A stretch of 64,000 nt of DNA from Lingula anatina (Eukaryota > Animalia > Brachiopoda), in NCBI GenBank assembly GCA_051362555.1, contig CM120643.1:14358644-14422643 (forward strand), read 5' to 3'. The notes under the pieces are model-generated. The model was given only the letters and a program-made list of their open reading frames with translations. It was not told the origin of the DNA and did not search any database. Shown here one piece after another: positions 39,405 through 51,215 of the stretch. Both the position numbers and the translations under genes were made by a program. The stretch's first letter is position 1. The number at the start of each line of letters is the position of its first letter.

Positions 39405-39737
39405 TAATACGTCATGTTTACATTGTTTATATAACTGTATCATTGAGCATTGTATGTAAAATTGTCTGTTTTTCACAGTTGATTTAGGTATAGCATTCAG
39501 CACATTTCCCATAAAAAAAAAAAAAACTTTTTTCTCTTTTTTCTAAATTGTTATCTTAATAGATTTCGTGTTTTTTTTTTTTTTTTTTTTTTTTACTAGA
39601 CTTCATGTGTAATATTGCATTATTGTAGATATGTTTTTGTCCTTATACAGTCGGAGAATAGCTGTAAAGCTAATGTTTCCATTCAATTTGTAACCGACAT
39701 GAAATAAAATTTATTGTATTGTATTGTATTGTATTGT

Positions 39738-40000
39738 ATACTCCCCCGCACCGTTACTCCCCCGCACCAATAATCCCCCTTAGTAAATTTTTGTGTTTTA
39801 TGCGCATCGATACGACACCACACCGATAGATCCCCGCATCGATACATCCCCAGTAAAATTGCCGATGTAGGTGCACCGTTACTCCCCCACACAGATACTC
39901 CCCCACATCATTGCTTCCCCGCATCGATACTGCGGGGGAGTTTCGGTGCGGGGGAGTATTGGTGTGGGGGTGTACCGGTGCGGGGACGTATAGGGATGTA
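39738..40000. mobile_element. GC-rich fold-back MITE-like repeat whose left end (34471-34487) was separated by the LINE insertion
   Basis: Repeated CTCCCCCGCACC and GCATCGATAC units followed by inverted GGTGCGGGG units. Joining GGGGTCATGTCGATACT to CCCCCGCACCG restores an end roughly complementary to 39976-40000. Confidence 0.6.
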
Positions 40001-41449
40001 CATGTACATGTATATTTCATCCGGAATGGGCCCCGTGTTTGGTTAATTTGTATTTCTCTTGTTGACCATAATCTGAAACGTGTAGGACGTTATATCCTTG
40101 CCTGATCACTTGGTGCCGATGTTTGAAATTGAAGACAAGTTTTCTGGGGGTACATGTAGACTTATGTGAAGGGAACTTTTTGGTGCCATTGGCAAAATAA
40201 TAATAACTATTATTTTATAAGATAATAAAATTATAATATAATAAATATTTATTAATTTAATTTATTTATTTAATGCTTTCAATAAACTCACTTTCCCCGT
40301 GATATGGAATGCACAACAACAGCTCCCACGTCTCATGTTATGGCCTATTGAGAACAAATTTGCAGACAACAAAGGTTCATTACACTGTATTTGGCAAACG
40401 TTTTACTTCAAACAAAATGTTTTATTCCTTCAAGTTTCGTAACAAGCACGAGCTAAGTTTCCTATATCATTCTGTAGGTCATGTGGCCATTTCCATAAAT
40501 GGAATACATTGATTAAGCGCACTTGGAGGCGATGCACAAAGTGCCAGTATTTCAATTGAATCTGGCGAATGAAACAGTTTTGATGTATTTTTTTTTTCAC
40601 ATAAAACAAATCTGCATTCATTTCACTAGAAAACGTAAAGTTAAGGATGAGTTTCATATCAGTGAACATTTTAAGTTACATGTATATGCCCATTATGCAA
40701 TTGTTTACCTTTATACCATCGTATCATTACATTATGCATTCATTTTCAATATGTAGGTCCACTTAACTTTTTATCGTTCTATTAAAAGTCAGCGAGCGGA
40801 AGAATCGTTTGCCCAAGTGGTACTTTATTAACAACAATGAAGCAAAAATAATAATTATAATGATTACTAGATGTAATTTTTTCACACAAAAAAACATGAA
40901 CGAACAAAATTTTAAACCTTCAGTACCGTCGCTGGCATATATCCAATCGATCCAGTTTATTTTTCACTAAAGTAGAAAATCTACGACTTATCAGAAAGCA
41001 AGCATTAGGCCTATGTCTAACGTAGCGAAAAATGTCTAGAACGTTTATTTTAAATAACTTAATAAATAGCTTGCGGTAACGCTGGGTTTGAAAAAATATA
41101 AAAAATTCCTTTTTGACATTAATAGGTCATCAATTTCATATGTTTGATGTTTCTGTAATATTTTGGCTTTTTTAATTAAAAAATAAAATTGAAATAGAAT
41201 CTTCACTTCAGTGTCATCTATGATATGCTAGACGATATGGTGACAGGGCACAGATAAAAGTTGTACATGAAGCACGGCAAAACTGCATTCTCTTAGAAAG
41301 TAATTTGCAAAACCCTTGTTACTAGGCATTGTGAAAGAAATCAAATAAAAACATGCATCTCATAATAGCCCTTTTGCGCAGTTTAATTTTCGTTAATTGT
41401 AATAAATATTATCCAAAAGGGTTTTTATAGAGCTTTCGTAACAAACAAA

Positions 41450-41450
<1 letters not shown>

Positions 41451-41501
<51 letters not shown>
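41451..41501 (+). repeat. ~50-nt poly(A) tract
   Basis: Direct inspection; no retroelement body was recognised upstream. Confidence 0.9.
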
Positions 41502-41503
<2 letters not shown>

Positions 41504-41856
41504 GAAACCTTCGTTACAGAAATTTCCCCAATGGGGCTGACATGTACAAGCAAGGCATGATTGCAATAGTTTTTAAAAATGTCCATGATGTATACAAAAA
41601 TATAGGTATATTGCTTTCTGTTACCCGATTTTAGAAAAAAATTAATTCGCCTACATTTACTTCAATTTTCACTTTTCTGTTTGCTTCAAATGGGCCTATA
41701 GGCCCTATGTTGAGAGTGTGTAGTGCTGCTGTTTTTTTTATTTTACGCCGTGATGTCGCTTTTTGAATGATAAAAAGAATTACAGTGGAGAAAAGTTTGA
41801 ATTATTACGTCGCAAAAGTAAATTAATAAACTAGTCCTTTATATGACAGGGTATTT

Positions 41857-42491
41857 TTACCTCCGCCAAGGAGGTTATGTTTTCACCCCTGTTTGTTTGT
41901 TTGTTGTTTATTTGTCTGTCTGTCTGTCATCAACATATGTCTCAAAAAGTAGGCCTACATATGGACCGGTTTTGATGAAATTTTCAGGAACTGTCAGAAG
42001 TGGGCCAAGGAACAGATGATTAGTGTTGGTGGTGATCCGGATCAATAATCAATCAGTAATCTAAAAACTAAGTTATGGGCCGATTTTGATGAAAATTTTA
42101 GGAATTGTCAGAAGTGGGCCAAGGAACGGATGATTAGGCCTATAGATAGTTTTTGGTGGTGATCCGGATCAATAATCAATCAGTAATCACAAATATCCAA
42201 AATTTAGGGGTGAAACGGAATTGAATGGATCGAGACTTTGCTGCCTTGGCGGAGGTCTGCGCTCTCTGAGTGCTTCTCTAGTTTGTCTGTCTGTCTGTCT
42301 GTCTGCCATCAACATAACTCAAAAAGGTATGGATGAATTTCGATGAAATTTTCAGGGTAGGTCAGAAATGGGTTAACTTAGAAGTGATTAGTTTTTGGTG
42401 GTGATCTGGATCAATAATCAATCAATAATCAATAATAAAAATTGCTGCCTTGGTGGAGGTCTGCGCTCTCAGAGTGCTTTTATTTCTAGTT
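41857..42491. mobile_element. Short Helentron/HINE-like element with two 3' ends (tandem or nested)
   Basis: 5' hairpin/subTIR TTACCTCCGCCAAGGAGGTTA, (GTTT/GTCT)n microsatellite and internal ~110-bp repeats (GGTGGTGATCCGGATCAATAATCAATCA). The matching subTIR CTTGGCGGAGGT plus GCGCTCTCTGAGTGC hairpin and CTAGTT end occurs at ~42245-42283 and again at ~42449-42491. Confidence 0.8.
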
Positions 42492-42794
42492 TTGTAGGTG
42501 CTAATGTTGGTTGTTGTTGGTTGGGCTTGTTTGACTGAAAAACTGCATTGAACAACTGTTCGACGGCATGATATTCCGATGTGGGCTTAAAACCATATAT
42601 TGTTGTTTATCAGCAGGATTTCTCTATTTTGGGTAGACGTGACTAGGCTGGGTGGAACGTGATTGCGTTAGTTGGACTCGTTGTCGTAAAAGTCTCAAGT
42701 ATCTTTTTACGGCAGTTTAACGCTAGAGCTGGTAGCCATTTTGGTTTTGTAATCTTGAAGGTGCCTAAACGGGGCACTGTAAATCCTTACAAAG

Positions 42795-44525
42795 ATGTAT
42801 CGCGCCATTCGGCAGCTCGCGGGATTTAATCCCGCTGCTGTCCAGCTAACTCAGAATGTGGGAAATATGCAAAGCGCGTTGCCAGGGGTGAATTTTAAAC
42901 CAGACGTGGTATTTTCCTCGGAACCCAAACATGTACCCCTTTCATCGACGCAACGTCTCCAGGAAAGACAACCTCTAGCTTATACTGCAGGTATGAACTT
43001 ATATTTTAATGAAATACACACTTTTACCGGTATGATTAAATCGTCATGAACTTTCAATCTAAAAAGTGGACGAGTTTACGCGTAATGTACGATTTTGTAA
43101 ACAGGCCAGCATTTATGCAGTATCTCCCCCCTCCCATCCCATCATACTCTTTGATTTTCACTTTCTTTTCCTAATTGGTTTGTGTGGTGACTTTAAAAAA
43201 TCTCCCCACTATCCAAATAGATTAATGTGTTATGCAATTTGTTAAATTCATTACTCTGTAATATTTAAGATGCATTTAAAGTCAAATATATGCCTCCCCC
43301 ACCAAATAAAAATAAATAAATAAATTAAAAAAAAAACATGTATTTTGCCACCATTTAGTTTTACCGAGTATAACTTAGAGAGATACCAAAAGAACACAGT
43401 TCCATATGCCCTAGAAAGCTATTATTGGCTGAACCAGAGAATGATTTGGTTATGACTTGGGACTTAAATTGATTCATATAAGAAGTTAGTAGAAGTAGTT
43501 TATGTTGTTAAGTGGGAATCTACAGTTGCTTCCCGTTTTGAAGGAAATAATTATTTTTGCCTCATAAGATTGAAATAACTTTTCTTCTTGCTCAGAAAAT
43601 TTTGTTTAATTCCAGAATGTTATTGAGGTAGGAGCACAAAGGCATCCTATGATAAATAGTTGTTAACTATTAAATATGTTCACAAATTTTTGATTTATCA
43701 ATATTTCAATCAAACGTCTTATAAATTTACATTTATGCTTTCCATACATACAGTATGTTCAGTGAAGCATTGAATTTAAGCTGACATTTTATTGGAAACC
43801 ACCTTTTTTTTAATTACAACGGGTCACAAACTTGAAAGATCAAATAGAGAGTTTCTGATGCCAGTGGGATTTGATGGCTGGATTGATATGTCATAGGTTT
43901 TTGCACATCTGTGACTTTCACAGCATTCATATCAGGGCTCGATAACTTGAAAGCTTCGCAAATTGTGATGGCACGAAAACATTACTATATGTTGCTCTTG
44001 CCTAACTGAAATGCATCACAATTTGCAACCGAGTGCTTATAGCTATATCACCACTTGTTTAGAGGCTATTATTTGCAACGAGTTAATTATGATATTCCTA
44101 TTAATTAAATTAATCTCTTTATTGGTACTTAAATAAAATAAATTTACATGTTATTGCACTATGACATTTTCACTTCATGTGGCTATAAAATTTTCATAGA
44201 GATCGAGGCTACAATTTAACTTCAGGACACACAAGTATTGCATTGCTTTTGCTAATGCTTTCAATCAATTGCCATGGTCATGTGCTGTCGCAATTTGTGA
44301 GAGTTTTGAGTTTTAGAGCCCAGTTTGTCTTATCCATGTGGCTGAATACACAAGCTCTTATCACGAGCTCTTATCCATTCAGTGCACCTAGATGTATTAA
44401 GAATATTATTCAAGGTAATGCGTGCTCATGTAAATGTCCTATATATTTTTTTACAATAATTCCTAGTGCGTGTAATAAGGGTAACTGTCTCTTATTTGGT
44501 AAGTGAGTCATGAGTTTTGGTTTGT

Positions 44526-44562
<37 letters not shown>

Positions 44563-47500
44563 ATTTAATGAAAAAGAATTTGATGACAGCATCTGTTTTA
44601 AGTGTTTATTTATTTTTTCTTTTTGTAGCTCCAGCGCTGTCTCAAGTTAGGTTTATGCATGGAAGTCGGACCCTTCAGTCAGAGAATGCCCTTACTGGTG
44701 AGTTTCCTTAGTTCAAGTCATTCTGATATCATTCATTCACTTTTCTGTAGAATTTGGTTGATAAATCATTGTGTGATACTATTTTTATTATTATTATTTT
44801 TCAGTCAAAACTGAATGATATACAACTGTTTAAAGTCAATTTAATATTGTCTATAATTTCAGGAACCTTGCACGCACACACATACACACACACACACACA
44901 CTAAATAGATAAGATTTAGTGCAAGACCTTATTATATTCTCCACTGTGTTCTTGTATGCTAAATTAATGGCTAATTTTTTTTTCCAGAATCGAAACCTCA
45001 GGTAAAACTTGTACATGGGATTCCACCTCCTTCCTTTACAGACGCTAAAACAAACACCCAGTCTACTGAGAATTCAAGGAATTTTACTTATGCTATCACT
45101 GGGGGTAAGTTACACAGATTAAATGCATGATCTTATTGGTAAGTTTTGTGTCTAAGATTCAAATTTTAGTTCAAACGTAGTTGCAAGTTGTAGTTTTGAG
45201 CCCATTCAGCAAATAAAATAGTTACTACTTATAGTGATATGTGTTTGCACTAGTGCGCCTGATTTGGTCTTAAAGTGCAATTTGAGACCAAAATTGGACT
45301 GACGCGGGAAGGTGGTTGGTATTGGTTAAGTGTACTCTGAAGTGCCAAATAATAGTGCCTACCGGAATAATTGTGCCCTCCCCCCAGAAAAATTTCCAAT
45401 ATTTAATAATAGTGCCTAGTGGAATAATTGTGCTCTGCAGAGCCGCGACAGAGACTACTCTTATTTATGCTGAAAAACAAGTTCAAGTGTAGTGCTTGCA
45501 TCAGATCATTAATAAAAATTAACTTGTCCTATGAAACGGTCATTAACATTTCCGAAACGTTCAACAGTATTTCCAACCAGCACAATGACTGCCAAATAAT
45601 TGTGCCATGATGATAATGTGGGGAAAATTATTTATCGTGCCAGGGAAAATAAGATCGTGCAGGGTGAAAAATTTCCAGAAAAAAAAAATCGTGCTGGCAC
45701 TATTATTCGGCACTTCATAGTACATTTCCTACCAATTTATACTACTTATCCTTTTACTTCCAGCTGTTATTGGCACTGGACTTGCTTTGGGAGCCAAAGC
45801 AGGGGTGCAAGGTATTGTAGGTTTCATGTCTATCACTAAAGATATGTTGGCCTTGGCCAAGCTTGAGATGAAGCTGGACAAAATTCCTGAGGGAAAAGCA
45901 GTCACGGTGAAATGGCGTGGTAAACCAGTTTTTGTCCGTCATCGCACCCAAGAAGAGGTGAACAGGGAACGCTCTGTGGATGTTAAAAAGCTAAGGGACC
46001 CACAGACAGATGAAGATAGAACGGTCAAACCCGAGTGGCTGGTAGTTGTAGGAGTGTGTACCCACTTGGGTGAGTGATGACCTAGAGTTGGAAAGAGTCA
46101 GTTATTGATCAAATGTTTCAAAATCTGAATAACATTGGCTTTTAAGTATTATTTATTTAAAATGTTTTATTTGGGTATTTACTTGAGATATATTTAAGGG
46201 GAGGGGGTGATACATTAGTTGGACTAAGTCAATAGAATCAATTCAGAAAAATATTGAAATAGCATGAAGCTGTATTATTAGTAACGCCAGCGTAGTCGCG
46301 GCCTGTCTCATACGGCGTGGGACACAAGTCACCTTTACGGCTTCTCCTCTTCCTCCTAGACTGCAATGACCTGTGTCCCTATCTCTTGGATTTAGGTCAC
46401 ATATAATCTCCACTTGAACCCCCTGGTTTTTTGTCGGTGCATTTGCCTGGGCATGAAACTCATTGAAACACACCCTTGTCAAAATTTTGAAAATTAAATG
46501 CTAAATATCTCCCAAACCGAAGGAATTATGGGAAAATTACTATAGAAGTCTGACCAGAAGTCATGTGAAGATTCCAAATATGCCCTTGGGTTTGACCTTT
46601 GACCTTTATTTCAAGGTCAAACAGGCCAAAATTTTCTAAAAATGGGAATTTTTTGCAAAATATTTGTTTGTGCCGATTTTCAGAAACTACACAGACCTAA
46701 CCTATAATATTATTGGCAGGTGTTACATTTTTCATCTCCATGAGTTCGGGGTCAATAGGTGCATTTTCATTAGATGCCGAAACTGAAAACTCTCTCAAAT
46801 TTTGAAACCATTAATTTTTTTTTGCACTTGATAGTTCATGTCAAGCCCAACACTGGAGGTGGTGTCTGTTTTTTTGTTTTCCTACGGTTTACGAGTTACG
46901 CTGTATCAAAAAGTACATAGTGGTAGTGAAAATAAAATGTGCAATATGGTAATATGCATGAAATTTCAAACATCTGGAAAAGATAACATAAAGCTTATTG
47001 AGGCAGATAACTTTTGGTCAGAAATGACATTATTTCATGAAATTCGTACATCCGGAATTTCTGAGGCTCTTCCATTTCATGAATTTCTAGTTAATATTGA
47101 ACTTGAATAGGAACTGGCAATCTAACTATGACCTTCAAATTGACCTTTGAACTTCTTTTTATCATGAACTGTACTTGGCAACTTTTCTATCCCTTATATC
47201 TCAAAAACTGGCAGAGACACACCCATAGTTACTATCAAACTTAATTATGAAGTCATATACTGACAATCTTACTGTGACCTTGATTTTGATCTTTGACCTA
47301 CTTTTCATCATGAACTGAACTTTGCAAATTTTTTATCTTTTATATTTTGCAAACTAGTTACATTTGAACTTGAATAGGAAGTCACATGTTGGCAATCTTA
47401 CAGTTACCTTGAAATTGACCTTTGACCTACTTTTTCACTATGAATTGCACTTTGCATATTTTCTGGACCTCACATTTTCAAAACTGGCGGAGATAAACCC

Positions 47501-47719
47501 AGTGTTGCCCCTTGTTATTTTTTTTTTATTACAAAATGTACTCCTTTATCTTTAGGATGTGTCCCTATTGCCTTTGCTGGTGAATACAACGGCTACTACT
47601 GTCCATGCCATGGCTCTCACTATGATGCTTCGGGAAGAATAAGGAAGGGGCCGGCTCCATTAAATTTAGAGGTTCCTCAAGTGGAGTTCACTGATGATGG
47701 ACGTCTCATTGTTGGATAA
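42795..47719 (+). CDS. UQCRFS1: Cytochrome b-c1 complex Rieske iron-sulfur subunit, mitochondrial (~283 aa, 5 exons)
   Basis: Exons 42795-42990 ([10 protein letters not shown]..., presequence-like), 44629-44697, 44988-45104 (alternative in-frame acceptor at 45042), 45764-46069 ([24 protein letters not shown]), 47556-47719 ([34 protein letters not shown]). Both Rieske boxes are intact. Confidence 0.97.
43933..44323. mobile_element. Old MITE-like element in Rieske intron 1
   Basis: ~40-bp imperfect TIR CAGGGCTCGATAACT...CGCAAATTGTGATGGCAC / GTGCTGTCGCAATTTGTG...AGTTTTAGAGCCCAG; no clear TSD. Confidence 0.55.
45335..45720. mobile_element. Tc1/mariner-superfamily MITE with TA TSD
   Basis: TA|CTCTGAAGTGCCAAATAATAGTGCC ... 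GGCACTATTATTCGGCACTTCATAG|TA. Confidence 0.8.
46277..47505. mobile_element. Second, inverted and degenerate copy of the satellite-bearing HINE-like element, in Rieske intron 4
   Basis: Reverse complement of the 3000-3900 region (e.g. TTTGACCTTTGACCTTTATTTCAAGGTCAAAC, CGAGTTACGCTGTATCAAAAAGTACAT) plus ~3 degenerate 146-bp units at ~47090-47505. Confidence 0.88.
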
Positions 47720-48981
47720 TGAATATCTATTTTAAATTAATTTTTGTTTGAATTCTAAGGTTTCACAGAGAGCATTAAGTCTAGATTAAAGGGTTATTGG
47801 TACTGCCACCCTGTTAACCTTGCAGTAGTTGCTCATTAGTCTTTTTCATAAAGTTCTGTGTGAAATTGTGTAAGTGGAATAGTGTATATCTATATTACAA
47901 AGAAGAACTTGAAACGGATGAAAACCATTTCTTCACCTTTGAACAGAGATCTAACAACAAACCAAAAGATAAAAAAAGACTTAATAGTGTTAATTGGTGT
48001 GTTTTACTCCTTTCTGTTGTTATAATTATATCCCATGGCAATGTGACACCTGGAGAAAAAATTTGGAATTTGTCAGTGCACTCATTTTGTTCCATCTGCA
48101 GTAATATACAAGAGCACTATTAAATCATGAAATGGTGAATTTTGTGTTTGTTCCTTCATGTGCATACTAGTGTGTGTTCCAGTATTATCCAGTTTATTGT
48201 TGACATCAAACTATTTTCCCTCTCACCTCACCTCCCCCCCCCCCTCATTTTTTTAAAAGTCCAGACCAGCATTCAATTGAAATGAACAATCTAGACTAGT
48301 TTTGACCCAACATAGACCGAACAGCATTGCTGAATTACAAATTTTGGAATCACTTCATGTTGAATAACAAATGAAAAAGGGAGGGAGGATGTCAGAAGAC
48401 ACCAAGCAGGTTTTTAGAAATGCAAAATACCCAACAGGAATTGCTATATTGAATTTTAAGCATTAATTGAACAAAAATGTATTAGGTTATCCATTTAGAA
48501 GATCTAATTGTTATTTATTAAGACATGTTTCTTTAGTAACATCTAATTATACCAATGCCTTGTTGCTTTCCAAACACTGACAAATGTATTTTAAACACCC
48601 ATTTTGTGAGCAATGTAGTGTTATAATTTGAAGAAAAAAACCATATTGCACTAAATGTAAACCATGTCAGTCACGATATCTTTGAATTTATTATAAAAAA
48701 ATTGTTTGTCATCACCATGCCACCTGCCAAAAACTTTAAATATGTTTCCATGTAGAGAGCCAACTGGCTCAAAGCAGAAATGATGGCCAGTAACCGAACA
48801 CATCTACAAATTTGTTATACCCTAATTTAAACTTTACTGAAATTTGGCATACTGCCTTCATTAACAACTCTTTTTTAATTACAACAAGAAAAAGATGCAA
48901 AAATAGTAAATTTATCAAAAAGTAATTTATACGAGTTAAGTTATGCTTAAGGAGAAGGTGGTGTTATTCGTGTCCTGGCAA

Positions 48982-51215
48982 TTAAGGATCTGGAGACTTC
49001 TCAAAATGAGGACATTCTGTAATATCAGCTTGAACATTGTGGAGCCACTGGCCTCCTCTGTACCTCTCCCCTCTGAGTTTATCAACCCAGTTGCCTTCTG
49101 GAAGATAAATGTCTCTTGCTGTTGCCCCCTTTTCTAGCACCGGGGCAACCAAAATACTGTCTCCTATAAGAAACTGATTGTCGATGGTGTGCGTGATGGC
49201 ATCATTTGGTGCAACCCACCAAAGAGGCCTCAGAATGGGGTCACCTGTTTGCGTTGTCTGTCTAGCAAGCCTTAAAATTATAGGTGTTATGTAGTCTTCA
49301 TGGAGTTTCACAAATGCTTTTGCAATTTCAACGACCCCATCGTCATATTGCCACGGAACTATAGAGAATTGCATTGAGGGAAAGAATGCACTAAGTTGTA
49401 ACCAGCGAATGTAGAGTTCTCTCTCGGGGAGGGTTTCGGTGTGCAAGAGAGCGGTGTTGCCAACCGGTTCTGCTGTGGCATTAAAGTTGTATGCATTCCC
49501 CCCTATCATATCTGGTAGAATGAAATGGTAACCTAGTAAACTGAACTGCAAAGCAGTAGGGATCATAGTCTTCAAACCATTGTTGTAGTCCCAAGTAGAG
49601 TGTTTGTCAAGCATTCGTACAAAGATTGGGTGCTGCTGCGACTGGAAACCAGCCCTTACCTAGTAATGAACACCAATGAGCATTTTGTCAGTCTAAACAC
49701 CTATAATGTTTGTTTCTATAATGTACATACTGACCCAAAAATCGATGTCCAAGATAAGCAATTGTAAGAAAAAAATTGGTTAGTAATGCATCTCAAATTT
49801 TGTTGTCACACTCAAATAGGCTATATATAAATTTCATTAAAAAAAATTGTCAAAACACTTGAAAATGCTTCCAAACAAAAAGCGCTTACCTCAATTTGTC
49901 TCCCAAAGTGGGCCACCATATTAACGTAGGCTGTGGTGAACTGCCCTGGGTTCATCAGTGGGAATATTGTGTGAAAACTGGCAGGGAGATAACATGCCTC
50001 CCCTGCATCAAATTTAAAGGAGTCTATGCCTAGAGATTGCATGGCTTTAAGGCGTTCAGTCCACCATGTTACGGCCTTATGGTTGGTGCTGTCCACAATA
50101 GCGCCAGTGCCCTGCCACCAGTGAACCAAACCTGGCATTTTTCCTCCAGGGTCTTTCACAAAATAACCTTGTTTAAGGCCTTCCTGAAATGCTGAGGAGT
50201 CCAGATTACTGAAAGGGTGAACCCATGAAGTCACACGGAAACCCATGGCGTGTAGCTCCCTCAGCATCTGGCGTGCCTGGCTAAATCTGGCAGTGTCAAA
50301 TATAAAGTCGCCATAATTGATGGTGTAGATGTCGTCGATTTCTATTTGGCTGTTGCTGAATCCATGGTCCTTGATTTCGTTTGCAAATTTGAGGATAACT
50401 GATTGATCAATGTTTATCTTGTATCTTGCCCAAGTCGACCAGATGGGAGAACGGAACATTAATTCATCGGGGATGTCTTTAGGTTTGCTAAAGAGCCCCG
50501 ATGACATGAAATGGTGGGTGTCTCGAAGATTATTCCCAGCACGACAAATTGAGTAATTCAGTCGAGGCAAAACGTTCTGGGAACTTCTGGGAAATATGGA
50601 GGCTCTATAGTCTGCTTTCAGACACAGTTTCTCGCTGTTTATCCCATAATGCAAAGGGACAGATTCAGCAACATGGATTCCAGCACCTCGGGATGAAAGC
50701 CAATAGTTTTCCAAGACAGAGCCAAAGACATGAGGCTTGTCCACATAATCTCCACTTACGTATTGTTGGAGATTCATCGGGGCACCTTCTATGGGCCATT
50801 GTTGGGCAAATATCTCTGGTCCTCCGTACCAGTGAGTGTCCTTAGTATCGAAGCAGTCTTTGGGTGCCACTTTTGCCGACAGAGATTGCCAGACAATGTC
50901 GTAGCACTCATCATCACCATCATACTTTTTCCTTTCAATGATCAGTTTGGCCAATCCTGGCCACTCTATACAAATCGAATCGGACCTCTGTCCACTGCAT
51001 TGGTACCTCGATCCCAGTAAATTCAGCCCCATGCCTAGCTGCCCTGAGATAAGAAGGTCCTGTTTTGTCTTGTCCCAGATGACAAAGTTCTGCTGAGCAT
51101 TTTCCAGGTCTAACGTCAACTGCCAAGTGGAATATTTGGTACCTGGTCGCTCTCCCAGTAAGTATGCTACGATGATAATCACCACTGTGGCAGCAACTCT
51201 GTAGTTTGTCATCAT
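48982..51215 (-). CDS. MYORG: Myogenesis-regulating glycosidase-like GH31 enzyme (~667 aa)
   Basis: Exons 49890-51215 and 48982-49659 joined in phase 0 (QIE|VRAG). N-terminal hydrophobic anchor; motifs HWYGG, LENYWLSSRG, PIWSTWARYK, EIDD, catalytic FKFDAGE and RMLDK, LPDMIGGN, ELYIRW, PILRPLWW, QFLIGD, YLPEG.W. A probable non-coding upstream exon ends at 54019. Confidence 0.95.

Larger units (their letters stand above)
34488..39737 (+). mobile_element. Full-length CR1/L2-group LINE retrotransposon
   Basis: Two uninterrupted ORFs, 3' UTR with AATAAA followed by an (ATTGT)n tail, and candidate TSD ATACT at 34483-34487 and 39738-39742. Confidence 0.95.

Noticed and set aside
34514-39415. Several minus-strand ORFs of 60-130 aa
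   Set aside because: Antisense shadows of LINE ORF1 and ORF2.
41451-41501. Poly(A) as the tail of a retrocopy or SINE
   Set aside because: No recognisable coding or Pol III body upstream and no TSD identified.
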